Shown here in pieces: positions 15,012 to 27,684 of a DNA stretch of 64,000 bases. The stretch spans positions 17,794,001-17,858,000 of the forward strand of contig CM022673.1 of the NCBI GenBank assembly GCA_012295275.1. Reading direction: 5' to 3'. Both the position numbers and the translations under genes were made by a program. Each line of letters begins with the position of its first letter. Position 1 is the stretch's first letter. Under the pieces are notes generated by a model. The model ran no database searches, was not told where the DNA came from, and saw nothing but the letters and a program-made list of their open reading frames with translations. Source of the stretch: Chrysomallon squamiferum. Lineage: Eukaryota; Animalia; Mollusca.

Positions 15012-16286
15012 TGTAATATGTTCTGATTCAGTTAAAACTATAACAGAGTGTGAATCTATTACAATATTTTCTTGAAAGTCTGATTCTTATAAATATTTGT
15101 TTTGATTCTATTAGTAAATTTACGTGTTATTCATGTACGGTTACTATTCATTTACTGCAGTATTTGTGTTAAATAACAACAAGAATATAAGGAACATTAA
15201 TTTGAACGTTGATTCAATGTAATATTTGTACATTACTCTAATAATAACTGGAATATATTTAACTTTATTCATTGACTTTTTAGAATATTTCTGGTTTGAT
15301 TCTTCTTCTTATTATTATTATTATCATTATTTTTTTTTTTATTATTCTAGATTTAGTAAAGACTATCATTATTCTAGATATATTTCTACTGTTATTCGAT
15401 TAAGTATCTTCAAACATAACGAAGTTTACGTACTTACTGGTGTACATGCACTTTGATCAATATTTAAAAGTGTGTGTGTTATAAATAAACTTTTTGCTAT
15501 ATACAGCAATTTAATTATTTATGCAATATTCATTCTGTTAATACACTGGAATATTTGCAGTGTGATATCACCAAACCACATCACTAATGTTGTGCGTATA
15601 TAAATGTACATCTCACCTCGTGTATATTACATCAGAGCGAGGTTATCGATGTGAAGATTGATTATTAAATGTTTAGAACATATCACTTACAAACCAGCTG
15701 TTCACAATTCAATAGTCATTTCCTCCAGTATTTTTTTATTTATTTTGTAATCGCTGGAAAGAACAACGGGCGGAAGAAAAAAACACGAACGAAATGTGGC
15801 CGACAGAGGAAGATGGACAGAGAGAGAGAGATAGAAAGACAAACACATACACACAAACACATGTAAACGAAGTAAACACTGATTACTGTTTTTATTATGC
15901 TTGAACAACGATTTATCCAAAGTCAGTAGAATAATAGGATATCGGATATTGACTGACAGAAAAGATTTCTGTTTTTCTTCCAGTGCACTAAAAAAATACT
16001 AAAACAGAAAACAACAAAACGTGTTATGAGCTTGGTGCCTATTTTATTATTTTGTTATTATAATACAGACAGTTTCTAGTTGTTGCATATCAGTGGAGGT
16101 TTCAACACTCGTTAATCAGTAACTACTAGAGACAACAATCTACCACAGTGGATTCCATCAGACCTTTCCAATACGGACACTGGCAAAACAAAACAACGAC
16201 AATCAAAACATACTTAAGTATCCGATTAGAAAAATGCCAATGTCTTACTACGCATTTTTATTTAATCTGATATATACACTTTAAAA

Positions 16287-16340
<54 letters not shown>

Positions 16341-16853
16341 TGTATCTATTAATGATTACGTTAATATCAGTATAAATTATTCTAGTTTGGCCGTTGTAAA
16401 GAAAAACAAAACTTCAAAGAATGAAATGAAAATCTAAGACAATTATTTATTAATGTTAAAAGTTTATTAAAATACCTGATGATTAAGAAATTCTGGTCAT
16501 TTATATTTCCATCAGTGTATGAACACTAACAGTGACCTTATTACAACTAACAAAATATTAATCTTATTTAATATTGTTTTTCGATATTGCATTAAAAATA
16601 TATTTGCTTCTTTCCATTCATTAAACAAAAATGTTAATGCAATGATAAAACATGTAAGAAAAAGCCAAAAAAAAAGCACCAAAACAAATTGTACAAATAA
16701 ATAAAGAGAATTCACTTGGTCTAAAAGGCTGATGGAATGCACCAAAGAAAAGGAACAGAAATACGACAGTATGAATGCCAACCGATCACTTCTAACATTG
16801 CATGTACGCCAACCAACCTCTGCTGACTGTACAACTTACCATGCTAATCTACA

Positions 16854-17073
16854 CCAATCAAATCTGAGATAACTGGCATGGTGGCCAATCAAATATGACA
16901 TAATTTGCATGGTAACCAATCAAAAATGAGATAGCTGGCTTGGTAACCAATCACATATTACATATTAGTAGGCAATCGCATATGAGATAGCCGGCCTGGT
17001 AGCCCATCGCACATGAGATAGCTGGCTTGGTAACCAATCAAATACAAGATTAACTTGCATGGTAACCAATCAC
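16854..17073 (+). repeat. 31-bp minisatellite, ~8 units, consensus about CCAATCAAATATGAGATAGCTGGCTTGGTAA
   Basis: CCAAT starts at 16854, 16885, 16916, 16947, 17034 and 17066, with degenerate copies at 16972 and 17003. Spacing is mostly 31 bp. Confidence 0.9.
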
Positions 17074-17099
17074 TGGCGAGATTGCCAAGTCACTATTTA

Positions 17100-17834
17100 A
17101 ATTTCAAAAAACACATTAAAGACTAAAGGGAAAGCAAAAGAAGATCTAAAAGAAAACAATGACTACAGAAACCGAGCAGAATCACTTGGTTTTGTTTTAA
17201 CATTGCAACACAAATGCTCACATTCGTTCACTTATTTTACAAAATAATGATAATATAAATAATGAACGTCGACAAATAAGTATTGCACAATTCTAACACT
17301 GTTGATATTGGCAGCTTTGACTAGCGAATTACGTTTGTAAGTCAATACAGAGGTACACGATTTCAAAAACATTTTCAAATACATAACAGTCATGCTGGTA
17401 AACCAACTTACCTAGCAGATTAATATCTTATTTTAATGTTATGTACATATCCATTTGCTTAGAATGTACAAATATATTAACTATATTTAGATAATCCACT
17501 CATTCAAATGAAATCAGCATAGATCTTGTCAATGACATGTTAAAATTTTGACTAATTTTAAAATATCGTTAAGATGATGATGATGGTATAAGATCATTTA
17601 AAATTATTTTATTTTTGTCTTAATATTATCAAAAATGTGATTTTCTTTTACTACACAGTATATTTGTACAGACAACTCGGCTTATATATATACTTGAAAA
17701 TGGTCCATTCGTGTGTAATAAATAATATATCTATATGTAGTTAAAGTTATTTTCTATCTGATCACGTCAATAATGTGGATGTTCTGGAATGTTTAACTAT
17801 AACATGAGTTACAAACTCAATTTTCATTTTACAT

Positions 17835-17869
<35 letters not shown>

Positions 17870-19426
17870 ACTTTTTACACTTGTATACAAAATGTTACAT
17901 GTATAGATATGCTTACAAATCATTAATTTGTTTCATTTTTGTCTTATTGAAGTACCTCAGTAATATATTATATGTACATGAATATTAATGAATTTCAATA
18001 TGTTAATATTAATATACAGGTGTTTATACTACAATACTTCAATTTTAATATAGAGAAATATCTCAGTATATGAACACATAAGTATAGAAATATCTCAGTT
18101 TTGATGTATTTATTATCTAATTAATATACTTAATATTTTGATTGTAACATACATAAATACTTTATAACTTTAATTTATAGAAATGTATTATTAAAACATT
18201 AATGTCTCAGTTTGTATCATTATTTCTGTTTATCGATAATTGACTGATAATTTATGTAAACACATTATCTATTTCTTGATTTTAATATGTAGAAATAAAT
18301 TATTATTCTGTGTCTGTGTATCTGTTTATGTGTGTATGTGTGTATATATATATATTTATACACACACACACACAGACATATATACATATGCATTTTCATT
18401 GTTATTAGCTTTTCAATTTTATTGTGTAGAAATACATTATTATTCATGTACATTTTTGCCAGTGTATATAATTAACATAATTATTAAAATAATTATTAAC
18501 ATATTAATTTTTAATTGTTTCGAAGTACCTCAGTGTATTACAAAATAAGCACTATTTATTTTTCTTACATTCTCACTTTCTATCACACACAATGTCATCT
18601 CTGCTGATCTTTCACAATATGTACGATTTTTTTTTGTTTTTTTTGTTTTTTGTAAATAATAAATAATAACAAAACATGTAACAAAAAGAACAACACTGCG
18701 TAGCAAATGATTGGAAAAATAAAACTGGCTAGTTTAAATAAACATGTTCATACAGTTTTGTTCACACAAACAAAACTGGAATTCCTCTCTGACAAGGAAG
18801 CGAAGTACATGGAATGATATGCTAATTAATGTTAAAACACACAATAATCTGACAATAAAAAACTAAGGGTTAAGGACGTCACTCCGGTACAAAATATGAT
18901 ATGTCTACCAAACCATGCATGAAGCAGTAGTACCGACTAGAATGTACATTCACTGCACAGTTCATCCCCAGGGGGACACAAGTCTGATCCCCCTCACCAC
19001 TTTGTTTTTCCTGTGCACACAACACCAGCTGGTAGCAGCCCAGGCTGCCTTGCAATGTTTTTAATCATTTCCGCTGTTTTTATATTTCTGTAGAAAATGT
19101 CAGGTAGAAATTATCGGTTTGTTGGTCCTTAAGCTGCACAGTCAGCAGAGCCAGTGCGGTTTTGAAAAACACTGTTAACCCTGGGATCCCTCTTCCTGAC
19201 ATCGTCTCTAGAATCCTTCACAGCTAACATGCTGTCATGACAACACATGATACACATCCATGGAACCTGAATTAATATCTGCACACACAACAACCTACAC
19301 ATTGGTAACATAGTATTATTATTGTTATTACACAGTCCAGTGTGAAATACGCAGTGGTTCACTGTTCTTCTTTTTATATTAAAACATTGGTAAAAAGTCT
19401 TCACTTTCCATGATATGAGAGAGACA

Positions 19427-19463
<37 letters not shown>

Positions 19464-19853
19464 TTTTCGTCTAACAAATTACAGAAAAACTGTTCTGAGA
19501 GTGTTTCATGGAAAGCAAACACCTCTCCAATAAAACCACTGTGATTATGTATGCACTGACTAAGTAACGTGGTTTTTATATTGTCCAACTACACAAGATT
19601 TATAAAAACAAAAATTACAAAGACAATCAGACGTGACATTTAGAGAGTAGTACATGAGACTAGTCATTTTATATACACTGACCCTGTCCAGGATGACATC
19701 TTCCACACAACACATAGCAGTTTAAATTTCACCTCCATATTTTACCTTTTTATCTCATAAAAATTACATACTTGCTGCCATTAAGTTTAGTTATGAAAAA
19801 ATTTCTGTAAATGAAAAATGTAATTTTTTTTTACTTTTAGAAACTCTTTAACA

Positions 19854-19898
<45 letters not shown>

Positions 19899-20873
19899 CA
19901 GTAATAATACTTTTTAAAAATAACTTACTTCTGTTATTATTCAAGAATTTTGTATAAGATAAATAAAAATATTCACCAACGTTATATAAATATAAATAAT
20001 TAATCAATAAAAAAGTATACAAAAACTGAAGGTGTTAGGATATCCTTCTTGGACAGATGTCCAGTATTGTGTTAAATATGTCCAAGATTACCTCTGTAAT
20101 TTAAACTGTGTGTTGTTCACTGAAGCATGGAATCCTGGACATGGCAGACACAGGTTAAGAAAAAACCCAGACTGATATCAGCCCGGTATGTCGATGAACA
20201 TATAAATTTATTGCATGGGCCTCTATCAGTGTGCCCTGGCTGTATTACACAGCTGTCAATAAATAAATAAATAATAAATAAATTAGTAAACAACAACAAA
20301 AACCCTATAAATAATTAAGCCACCAGATGGAGCTTGCACCAAAATTCATCTGGAATGATTGTTTTTTTTTTTTTTTAAATTTCAGTAAAATGTTTCAAAC
20401 AAAATATAAACATAAATAAAATGAGCAAACCAGATCTTTGAATACATTTCATAGTGTATATCTATATATATATATATCAGATCTGAAATTCACAGCATAA
20501 ACAAAGACAAAATAATACAGATGTTTAACATTATCAACAGAAATAACCATAGAGAAACAACAAGACAGAGCTGTTTATGTTTTGTGTTATTTGGTAGTCC
20601 ACTTAACCTTCCTCTTAACACTGATATCAAAATACCCATTAGTATAAAGTTTGATATCAAAATTCCTATAAATAGCAAGTCTGATATATTGAATCCATTG
20701 TGAAAAATTATAGTACATTAATAAAAAATGACAGTAACACCACCACAAAAGAAAAATGGAAAGAACAATAACACAAATGCATGATGGAATGTACTTGAAA
20801 CAAATGCAGAATAAATATTTTCTAAATATGTATTTATAAATTTTACTGTTATATAATAATAATTTTACATAAC

Positions 20874-20906
<33 letters not shown>

Positions 20907-23900
20907 CATAACCAGTTAATTTATCCCCAAATTTTAATTTAACCTTTTCATTGTTTTGTAAATAAATCGTTACTTATAACAAGTGAAAAAGTGTGACCTG
21001 ATCTGAATTTCTCAATATTTGTTTAAGTATTTTGAAAGAATGGTGAAGTGGGCTTGTTGATAATGTTAAAACACTGAAAAACAGAATACTGAGTTGAACA
21101 CAAAAGAGTAGGTACATGGAAATGTTTCAGTTAAATTTCATTGGCTGGAATGATTAGATAATATATTAACATCTGTAAAAAGACAAAACAATTTTGAAAA
21201 CTGGAATGATCAAGGCATAATACAACATTAGTGTATATACATAGGAACATCACTGATGCTTTTGTAAGGAGTTAATTTATTATCAGTTAAAATGTTACAG
21301 AACATTGCAGTCCATATATTTTTGTATAAAAGGTGGTAGCAATCATTCATGAAGAGATATTTTTCAAGATTATAAAATATTTATATTGAAACAATTTCTT
21401 TTTTTTTTGGATTAAAATTTCAGATTTAATAAGTAAATAAATAAATTTAATGAACAATAATTAATCAATAATTATCATTTTTTTTAACACTATATACTGG
21501 AAATTAAAATTTAAAATTCTTTTTATCATAATTTTATACTGAAATTTAATTTTACAATCTAAAAAAATCAATATATATATATATATATATACAATATTTA
21601 ATGTATCATAAGACAGATATTAAATACAAAGCTATTAATAATAAATAAAAATACTAGTATGCTTAGAGCTGTCATTTCTATCTCATTGTAATAAAAACCT
21701 CGACATGCATCAGTGATGCTATACCTGTATATAAAGTAATGTAGTGGTTATGCATGAGTGAGCTTAAAACAAAACAAAACATGTTAGATCTTTCCATGGC
21801 AGGACAGGAATTATTGCTTCAGTATAGATGAGGTAACCACCATTACAAACACCAATCCGACAGATGTACAGCAATAATACTTTTTGTTTTACTTTTGCAT
21901 CATTTGGCCTTCTTGAAATACTTTTATAAGAAAGTGTATTATTTTAAAATTACATTTATTTTTCAGAATACGTATTTGCAACAACTTATACCTAATTTCT
22001 TACTTAATTATTTTACTTTTTTATGATTTTATTTTGAGACCGGATTTTTCAGACTATCCTCAGAACAGATTTTCACTGTATATTTACAATTTTTAAAAAG
22101 GAGTTTTACACAATTATTTTCCCAATTAAATACACTGTTACAAAGTTATTGATGAAAATATTATTTTTTTAAATTACCCTCTTAATATTAATTTAACAAT
22201 AACAAAGTTAAAACAACAAATTTTGGCTGACAACTATGATAACAGTTTTTCCCAGGTCTTAATTTTATAAAGTTAAAAAAAAAAAAAAAAAAAAAAACAG
22301 ATGTAAAAATCATGCCTCATATAATACTGTTTAAAAATACTCTTGCTGCAGAGTTACCTCCCTTTATCTGAGAAAACATGGCTGTACATTATGTGTGTGC
22401 TTTTCACAGAAAGTCAATAAAACAAACTGACTGTTGTCAAATGGAAATGGCTTGTTTTCAGAAAAAAAGAAAAAAAAAAGCAACAAGAAATTTACATTTA
22501 AAAAAAAAAAAAAGGAATAAAACCTGAGAGAACAAATGAACTTTTAGAATTTTAAATCTTTGTAGGCTTTGTTTCACTAACACTCAGGAAGTAATAAGAT
22601 TTGGCACTAATAATACAGATGGTATACAATTTCATGATTTAGAACATTAATGGAATTCATTTTTTTTCTCTCTCCACATCTGGAAAAAAACCCATTTAAT
22701 TGCACAGTATTAGTGTCCCTTTTCAAGAGCTCTTCTTGAAGGAGATAATATTTTTAAACACCAGTAACAATATGAAATCTATTTTAAGTATGTTATTATT
22801 GAATTTAATACTAAATTACATCATTAAAGATTTAGTGTTGTAATGGTGGTTACATGGTATGTATATAAAAATGTTTTTAAAAATTTAATTTTTTTGGTAA
22901 ACTGAAGTAACATTTTACTTCTCATTTTTTATACGGAGACAGCATGTAGTAGCAATAAAATAAAATAATATATATAATATTTGTTTCTACGGCAACAAAA
23001 TTGAGAACAGATTGGAATGGCCCCTGTGTATTAGAACAAAAAGACATTTGAAATGGCTTCAAAACAGTGGTAAACTGCTTAACAATAAATTCACTGAGCT
23101 AAATATAAAATACTGCAAATTGGAACACAAAATGCTCACTAGAATCAACAAAAAGTTAACCACAAAAATAATAATTTAATAAACATCTATCCTATATAAA
23201 CGTGGAAAATATTGCACAATTAAAATCAAGACATGTACTTACATTGCATGTAACAAAAAGTACATGGCCAGTATATTCAGACATGTTCAATCAAAAAACA
23301 ACAAAAAAGATTTCATATAATTTTGTACACAAAATGACAATGGAATGACTAGGAAAATTGATCTGTAATGGTAACAAAATGATTTTATAAATAAAAATGA
23401 ATGAACCAATGATATGTGTGTGGGATATATTGATGGGGGGGTAATGATTTTTTTGTTTTGTTTGAAAACAAAAGTAAAGATTGGGATGTTAAACTGAAAA
23501 CAGTGACAGTAGCAAAAGCTAAAACAAGAACAAAAAATAAGCACAACCAGGATTTCTATGGCAACAAAACAAAATAAGTTAAAACTGTAGGGCTGGTTTT
23601 TCAGTGCATCAAAGAGAACAGTAAAACTAGGACTAAAATGATTGATAATAAAAGTGTGTCTCTGAGGAAAACAAAAAGTAAAAAAAAGAAGAAGAGGCAA
23701 CTGCCTTTGAGCCCCAGTATATTGACATATACCCGTTGTACACAGGGAGAATAAATTAAATTAAAATTTAAACAAAATCAACAAACAAAAGTCAGAAATG
23801 CAACAAAAAAAAAAAAAAATGACTAAAACAGAAAAAAAAAATAATAATAAATAGAAACGTAACAAAACATCTTCTGTTTCAATTGCATTGATGAATATGA

Positions 23901-24091
23901 AACATGAATGAAAAAAAGTTTTAAAAAGGGCACGTACACATTGTCCATTTTGTGTTTTCGACTTTTTCCTTTTTTTTTCTTTTTTTTTTTTTGTCTTCTT
24001 CTTTTCCATGAGTTTTTTTTTTAAAAAAAGATTATATAAAAAAACAAGATGGAGATCCATGTGCATGAAGAAGAGAGTTTTTAAAATTTGG
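17100..24091 (-). other. Onecut: Probable long Onecut 3' UTR / downstream transcribed region (3' end not determinable)
   Basis: It lies downstream of the stop codon, has no coding signal, is U-rich on the minus strand and is CpG-poor like the gene body. Many possible AATAAA signals are present, so the lower boundary is a guess based on the compositional shift. Confidence 0.4.
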
Positions 24092-24378
24092 TTAACTCTT
24101 CGTACATGAACTTGCACTTTCGCGGTTGTTGTTTCCATTGTCATCTTGCCACTTGTCGAGAGAGCGCCGCCTGGCGTTCATGAAGAAGTTGGCCACGGTG
24201 CTGACCTCGAGGCCAAGCTGCTGCGCTATCGTGGCCTGCATCTCCTTCGACGGACGTTTTGTTTCTTTGAATATTGCATGAAGGGTGCGACGCTGTATGT
24301 CTGTGAACACCAGACGAGGTTTTTTAGGAGCACGCGACTCCTCATGTTTATCCTGTTCCGGCTCCTTTCTCTTGCAGA
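24092..24378 (-). CDS. Onecut: Onecut terminal coding exon (linker + atypical homeodomain + C-terminus)
   Basis: Acceptor ttatttttCAG|TC TGC AAG (AG at 24380-24379). It joins the phase-1 G of the upstream exon to give ...RLA-V-CKRKEPEQ...PKKPRLVFTDIQRRTLHAIFKETKRPSKEMQATIAQQLGLEVSTVANFFMNARRRSLDKWQD...SCTKS*. It has the Onecut-diagnostic F48/M50 (FFMN). Stop TAA at 24094-24092. Confidence 0.97.
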
Positions 24379-24432
24379 CTGAAAAATAAATAAATAAATA
24401 AATAAATAAATAAAAAAATAATAACAAAAATG

Positions 24433-24463
<31 letters not shown>

Positions 24464-24874
24464 GATATGAAATATTTTCAGTATTGCAACTAAAGAGGCT
24501 AAGTATTAATCACTGATTATGAAATATATAAACATGCATGTATAAAAACAAAACAGAGTAAAATAATAAAAGAAGAAAAAAAAAAAATATATATATGTGA
24601 ATATATTTCACCTAGGCCTATGTATGGAAAGGAATGCTAATGTTAAAAAAGTAAAATTATTGTTTTTTTGGGGGGGCGGGTTTTAAGAAGAAGAAGAAAA
24701 GACTAAATACAAAAATAATAGATAAATAAATAGATAAATAAATAATATTGAAAAATGGCCAAAGAACAACCAAAATTTTTTTTACTCAATTACATTCTGC
24801 TACCTTGGAAATTTATATTATTATTATTATTTTTTTTTTTTTGTTAGCATCATCATCATCATCATTATTATTAT

Positions 24875-24906
<32 letters not shown>

Positions 24907-25624
24907 TTATTATTAATTTAAAAGAAAAATTTCTTTTAGATTTGATCCTAATCAGAGATAATCTGCTCAAGTCTGGACAACACCGGTGGATTGTTTTTTG
25001 TATCTCTGAAAGTTTTGCAGTCGCATTAGTAAGATATCTGTCATGTGTGTGTTTGTGTTTGCTGTGAATGTGTGTCTATCTCTTGAGTGTGTATGGTGTC
25101 TGTTTTGAGATGTTATCAGCATGTACACATGTATGTATGTTTGTCTATGTGCTGTCTAAGATAGGAGAGAACTACACATTATAAAATAACAAAGGTTAAT
25201 GAAAAAAAAAAAAAAAAAAAAAAAAAAAGATAAAAAAAGGACAACAAAACAATAACAATTAAAACAATGAGCGACTATCACTGGAGAAGAATGTAAATAG
25301 TTATTTTAATATTTTACAACCCACATGTAATACAGTTACTCTGTTTAATTCTACAGAATTATTCAGTTTTATTCTTGGTAACATATATTCATTGTTATTA
25401 CAATAAACCATTAAAAATATAGACTACTGTTACAGTAACTTATGTTTTAAGATTTTGAAATCTGATAAAATGTAAATTTTATTGTTTATTTTGAAGCAGC
25501 TGTTATATATATTATATATCATATACTCAAAAGAATGTATTTAGCTAAAAATTATTAACTGCTATTTTTTTTTAATAAAAAAGTTAACCTTCTTTTCAGT
25601 AATGGTATTAAATATTTAATGACA

Positions 25625-25629
25625 ACAAC

Positions 25630-25698
<69 letters not shown>

Positions 25699-25719
25699 TA
25701 ATGTAATAATACAAAAATA

Positions 25720-25754
<35 letters not shown>

Positions 25755-25767
25755 AATAATAATAATG

Positions 25768-25798
<31 letters not shown>

Positions 25799-25800
25799 AA
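25625..25800. repeat. (AAT)n/(GATAAT)n microsatellite
   Basis: Direct observation. Confidence 0.95.
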
Positions 25801-25948
25801 ATAATGAGACATGCTGACTGCCAATAAAAAGTGGACACTAAAACTGACCATATGACAAACTGGAATCGTTTAAAGTCATCTTCTCAACGTCAAGGGCATG
25901 GGTTACAATAGAATTGTCACTGAATCTCCCCACTGAAATGAAAACAAC

Positions 25949-26028
25949 AGTCATGGTATGTGGTGTCCTGTCTATGGGGGGTGTAACACAAACAAAACTG
26001 TACTTGCTGTCAAGTGAAATAAACAGCA
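25949..26028 (+). mobile_element. Degenerate SINE central-domain fragment (MetaSINE-like)
   Basis: catggtatgtggtgtcctgtctatgggggg...cttgctg resembles the Meta-domain consensus as I recall it (GTGGTATGTGCTATCCTGTCTGTGGGATGG...CTTGCTG). This is from memory, not an alignment. Confidence 0.4.
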
Positions 26029-27005
26029 TTTAAAGAGGTCACCAGGTTTTGTAAAACTATTAAAACACAAACAACAATTATGGACTGGCTCACAGTCTGT
26101 GTAATACAATATTGTTTGCTCAAGATCAGTGCAGCTTTTACAGCAAAAGGATTTTTTCTCAACTTCATTTTAATTTTAATTTTGTGTAAAATCTGTATTG
26201 GTATGGAATGTAAAAGCTGCAGATTTTAATCTGGCTGTGTCAAAACAAACACTTGGACTGAGCATTTAGTTATACAAATTTGAAAACACTTACAAACTGA
26301 TCAAAGTGAGTTTTGTAATTCTCACCTGAATGCAGGTAATAAAATTTAATTACCTTTGTTTTAATCTTTAACATTGTTTGTGTTTATTAATTTATCCACA
26401 TTGCCATATGATTAAATGCCATGACTGATTATTAACACCTGGAAATAGGTGTATGCAGAAGTATTACAGGTAAAAAAGTTAATACAGATAAAATATGTAA
26501 TCCGGATGAGATAAATAAATAAATGATTGTCTGTATGTATACTGACTGCCAGGTTTAAAAAGGATATTTATGGACAATGTATGTGGAAAGTATATGGACA
26601 AAGAGGTAATAAATTTTGAACTGATTATCAAGTTTGATTTGCCCTTTTTGAGAAGATGATTTTAACTTTTTTCTTATTTAAAACAAAAAAGTCCATAAAA
26701 AAATAAATAAATAACATTTTTTATGTCATACACATTAGACAAAACCTTAATCTATAATTATTATTAACTTAATTATATATTATGATGTAATATATGAATT
26801 TTAAAATTTGTATTTATTTTTTTTATTTTGTTATTATGTTTTGAACAATTTTTTTAACATTCACCATACTTACCTGAATAAACAATTTAAACAATTTTAA
26901 CAATTTTATACTACTAATAATTTTAACCTAGCCTGAATATTGTAGAAGAAAAATATTATCTTACTTTTTTTATAATTTTATTATTGTTGTAAATACATTA
27001 TATAG

Positions 27006-27043
<38 letters not shown>

Positions 27044-27621
27044 AAAAATAAAAATAAAAATGAACATTTCTTACAAAAAATCAATTTAAACAAAAAAAAT
27101 ATGATTCGGTTTAAAAATATAAAACTATATCAATACTAATAATAACAGGTTTTAAAACAAATTTTTTATTGTGCATTACAGTATCAGGATATTTAACAAA
27201 AATAAATAATAAAATAAAAAGGAAACTCTCCTAAATAAAATAAAAAAAAACATTAAAATTCTATGTTTTATCACTGAAGTAAAACAATGCATGCAATACA
27301 AGATTCAAATATTTCAGCTAAAACAAAAAAAGCTTAATTTGAAAATATACCAAAGCTGAAGTGTTTAAGAAAAGATTAAAATAAATAAATAAATAAATAA
27401 AAAAAAGAATGTGTATATATATATATATTTTTTTAACAAATTTAAATATACAATTAATTTTATAAAAATATAACAAACAAAAGATAAAAATAAATAAACG
27501 AAATTTAAAATGTGCAACATGCTCCAAGAAAATAAACATAAAAAACTTCAGTGGGAGTGTAACTATCAAATGGAAGAGCGGCTGCTCTGATTACCTCCTT
27601 CGTGCTCCTGAATCCACTCAC

Positions 27622-27684
27622 CCTGCTGGAACCGATTCGGGGTGGGGGTGCTGGGGAACGACTGAAACGACTGTGGGGTAGAGC
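27622..27684 (-). CDS. Onecut: Putative alternative cassette exon in the Onecut CUT-homeodomain linker (63 nt, +21 aa GSTPQSFQSFPSTPTPNRFQQ); a second donor extends it to 27595 (90 nt, +30 aa)
   Basis: GC-rich island in very AT-rich intron. Acceptor gctccttttttcgCAG|GC (AG at 27686-27685). Donor CAGG|GTGAGT (GT at 27621-27620) and second donor GGAG|GTAATC (GT at 27594-27593). Both give symmetric phase 1-1 exons with length divisible by 3 and no stop in the Onecut frame. Confidence 0.72.

Noticed and set aside
16854-17073. 31-bp repeats as a CRISPR-like array
   Set aside because: Units are head-to-tail with no unique spacers, there are no cas genes, and the context is eukaryotic.
24379-24427. 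N-terminal part (MLLFFYLFIYLFIYFS) of ORF 24092..24427
   Set aside because: It is the intronic (TTTA)n/polypyrimidine tract upstream of the acceptor, not coding.
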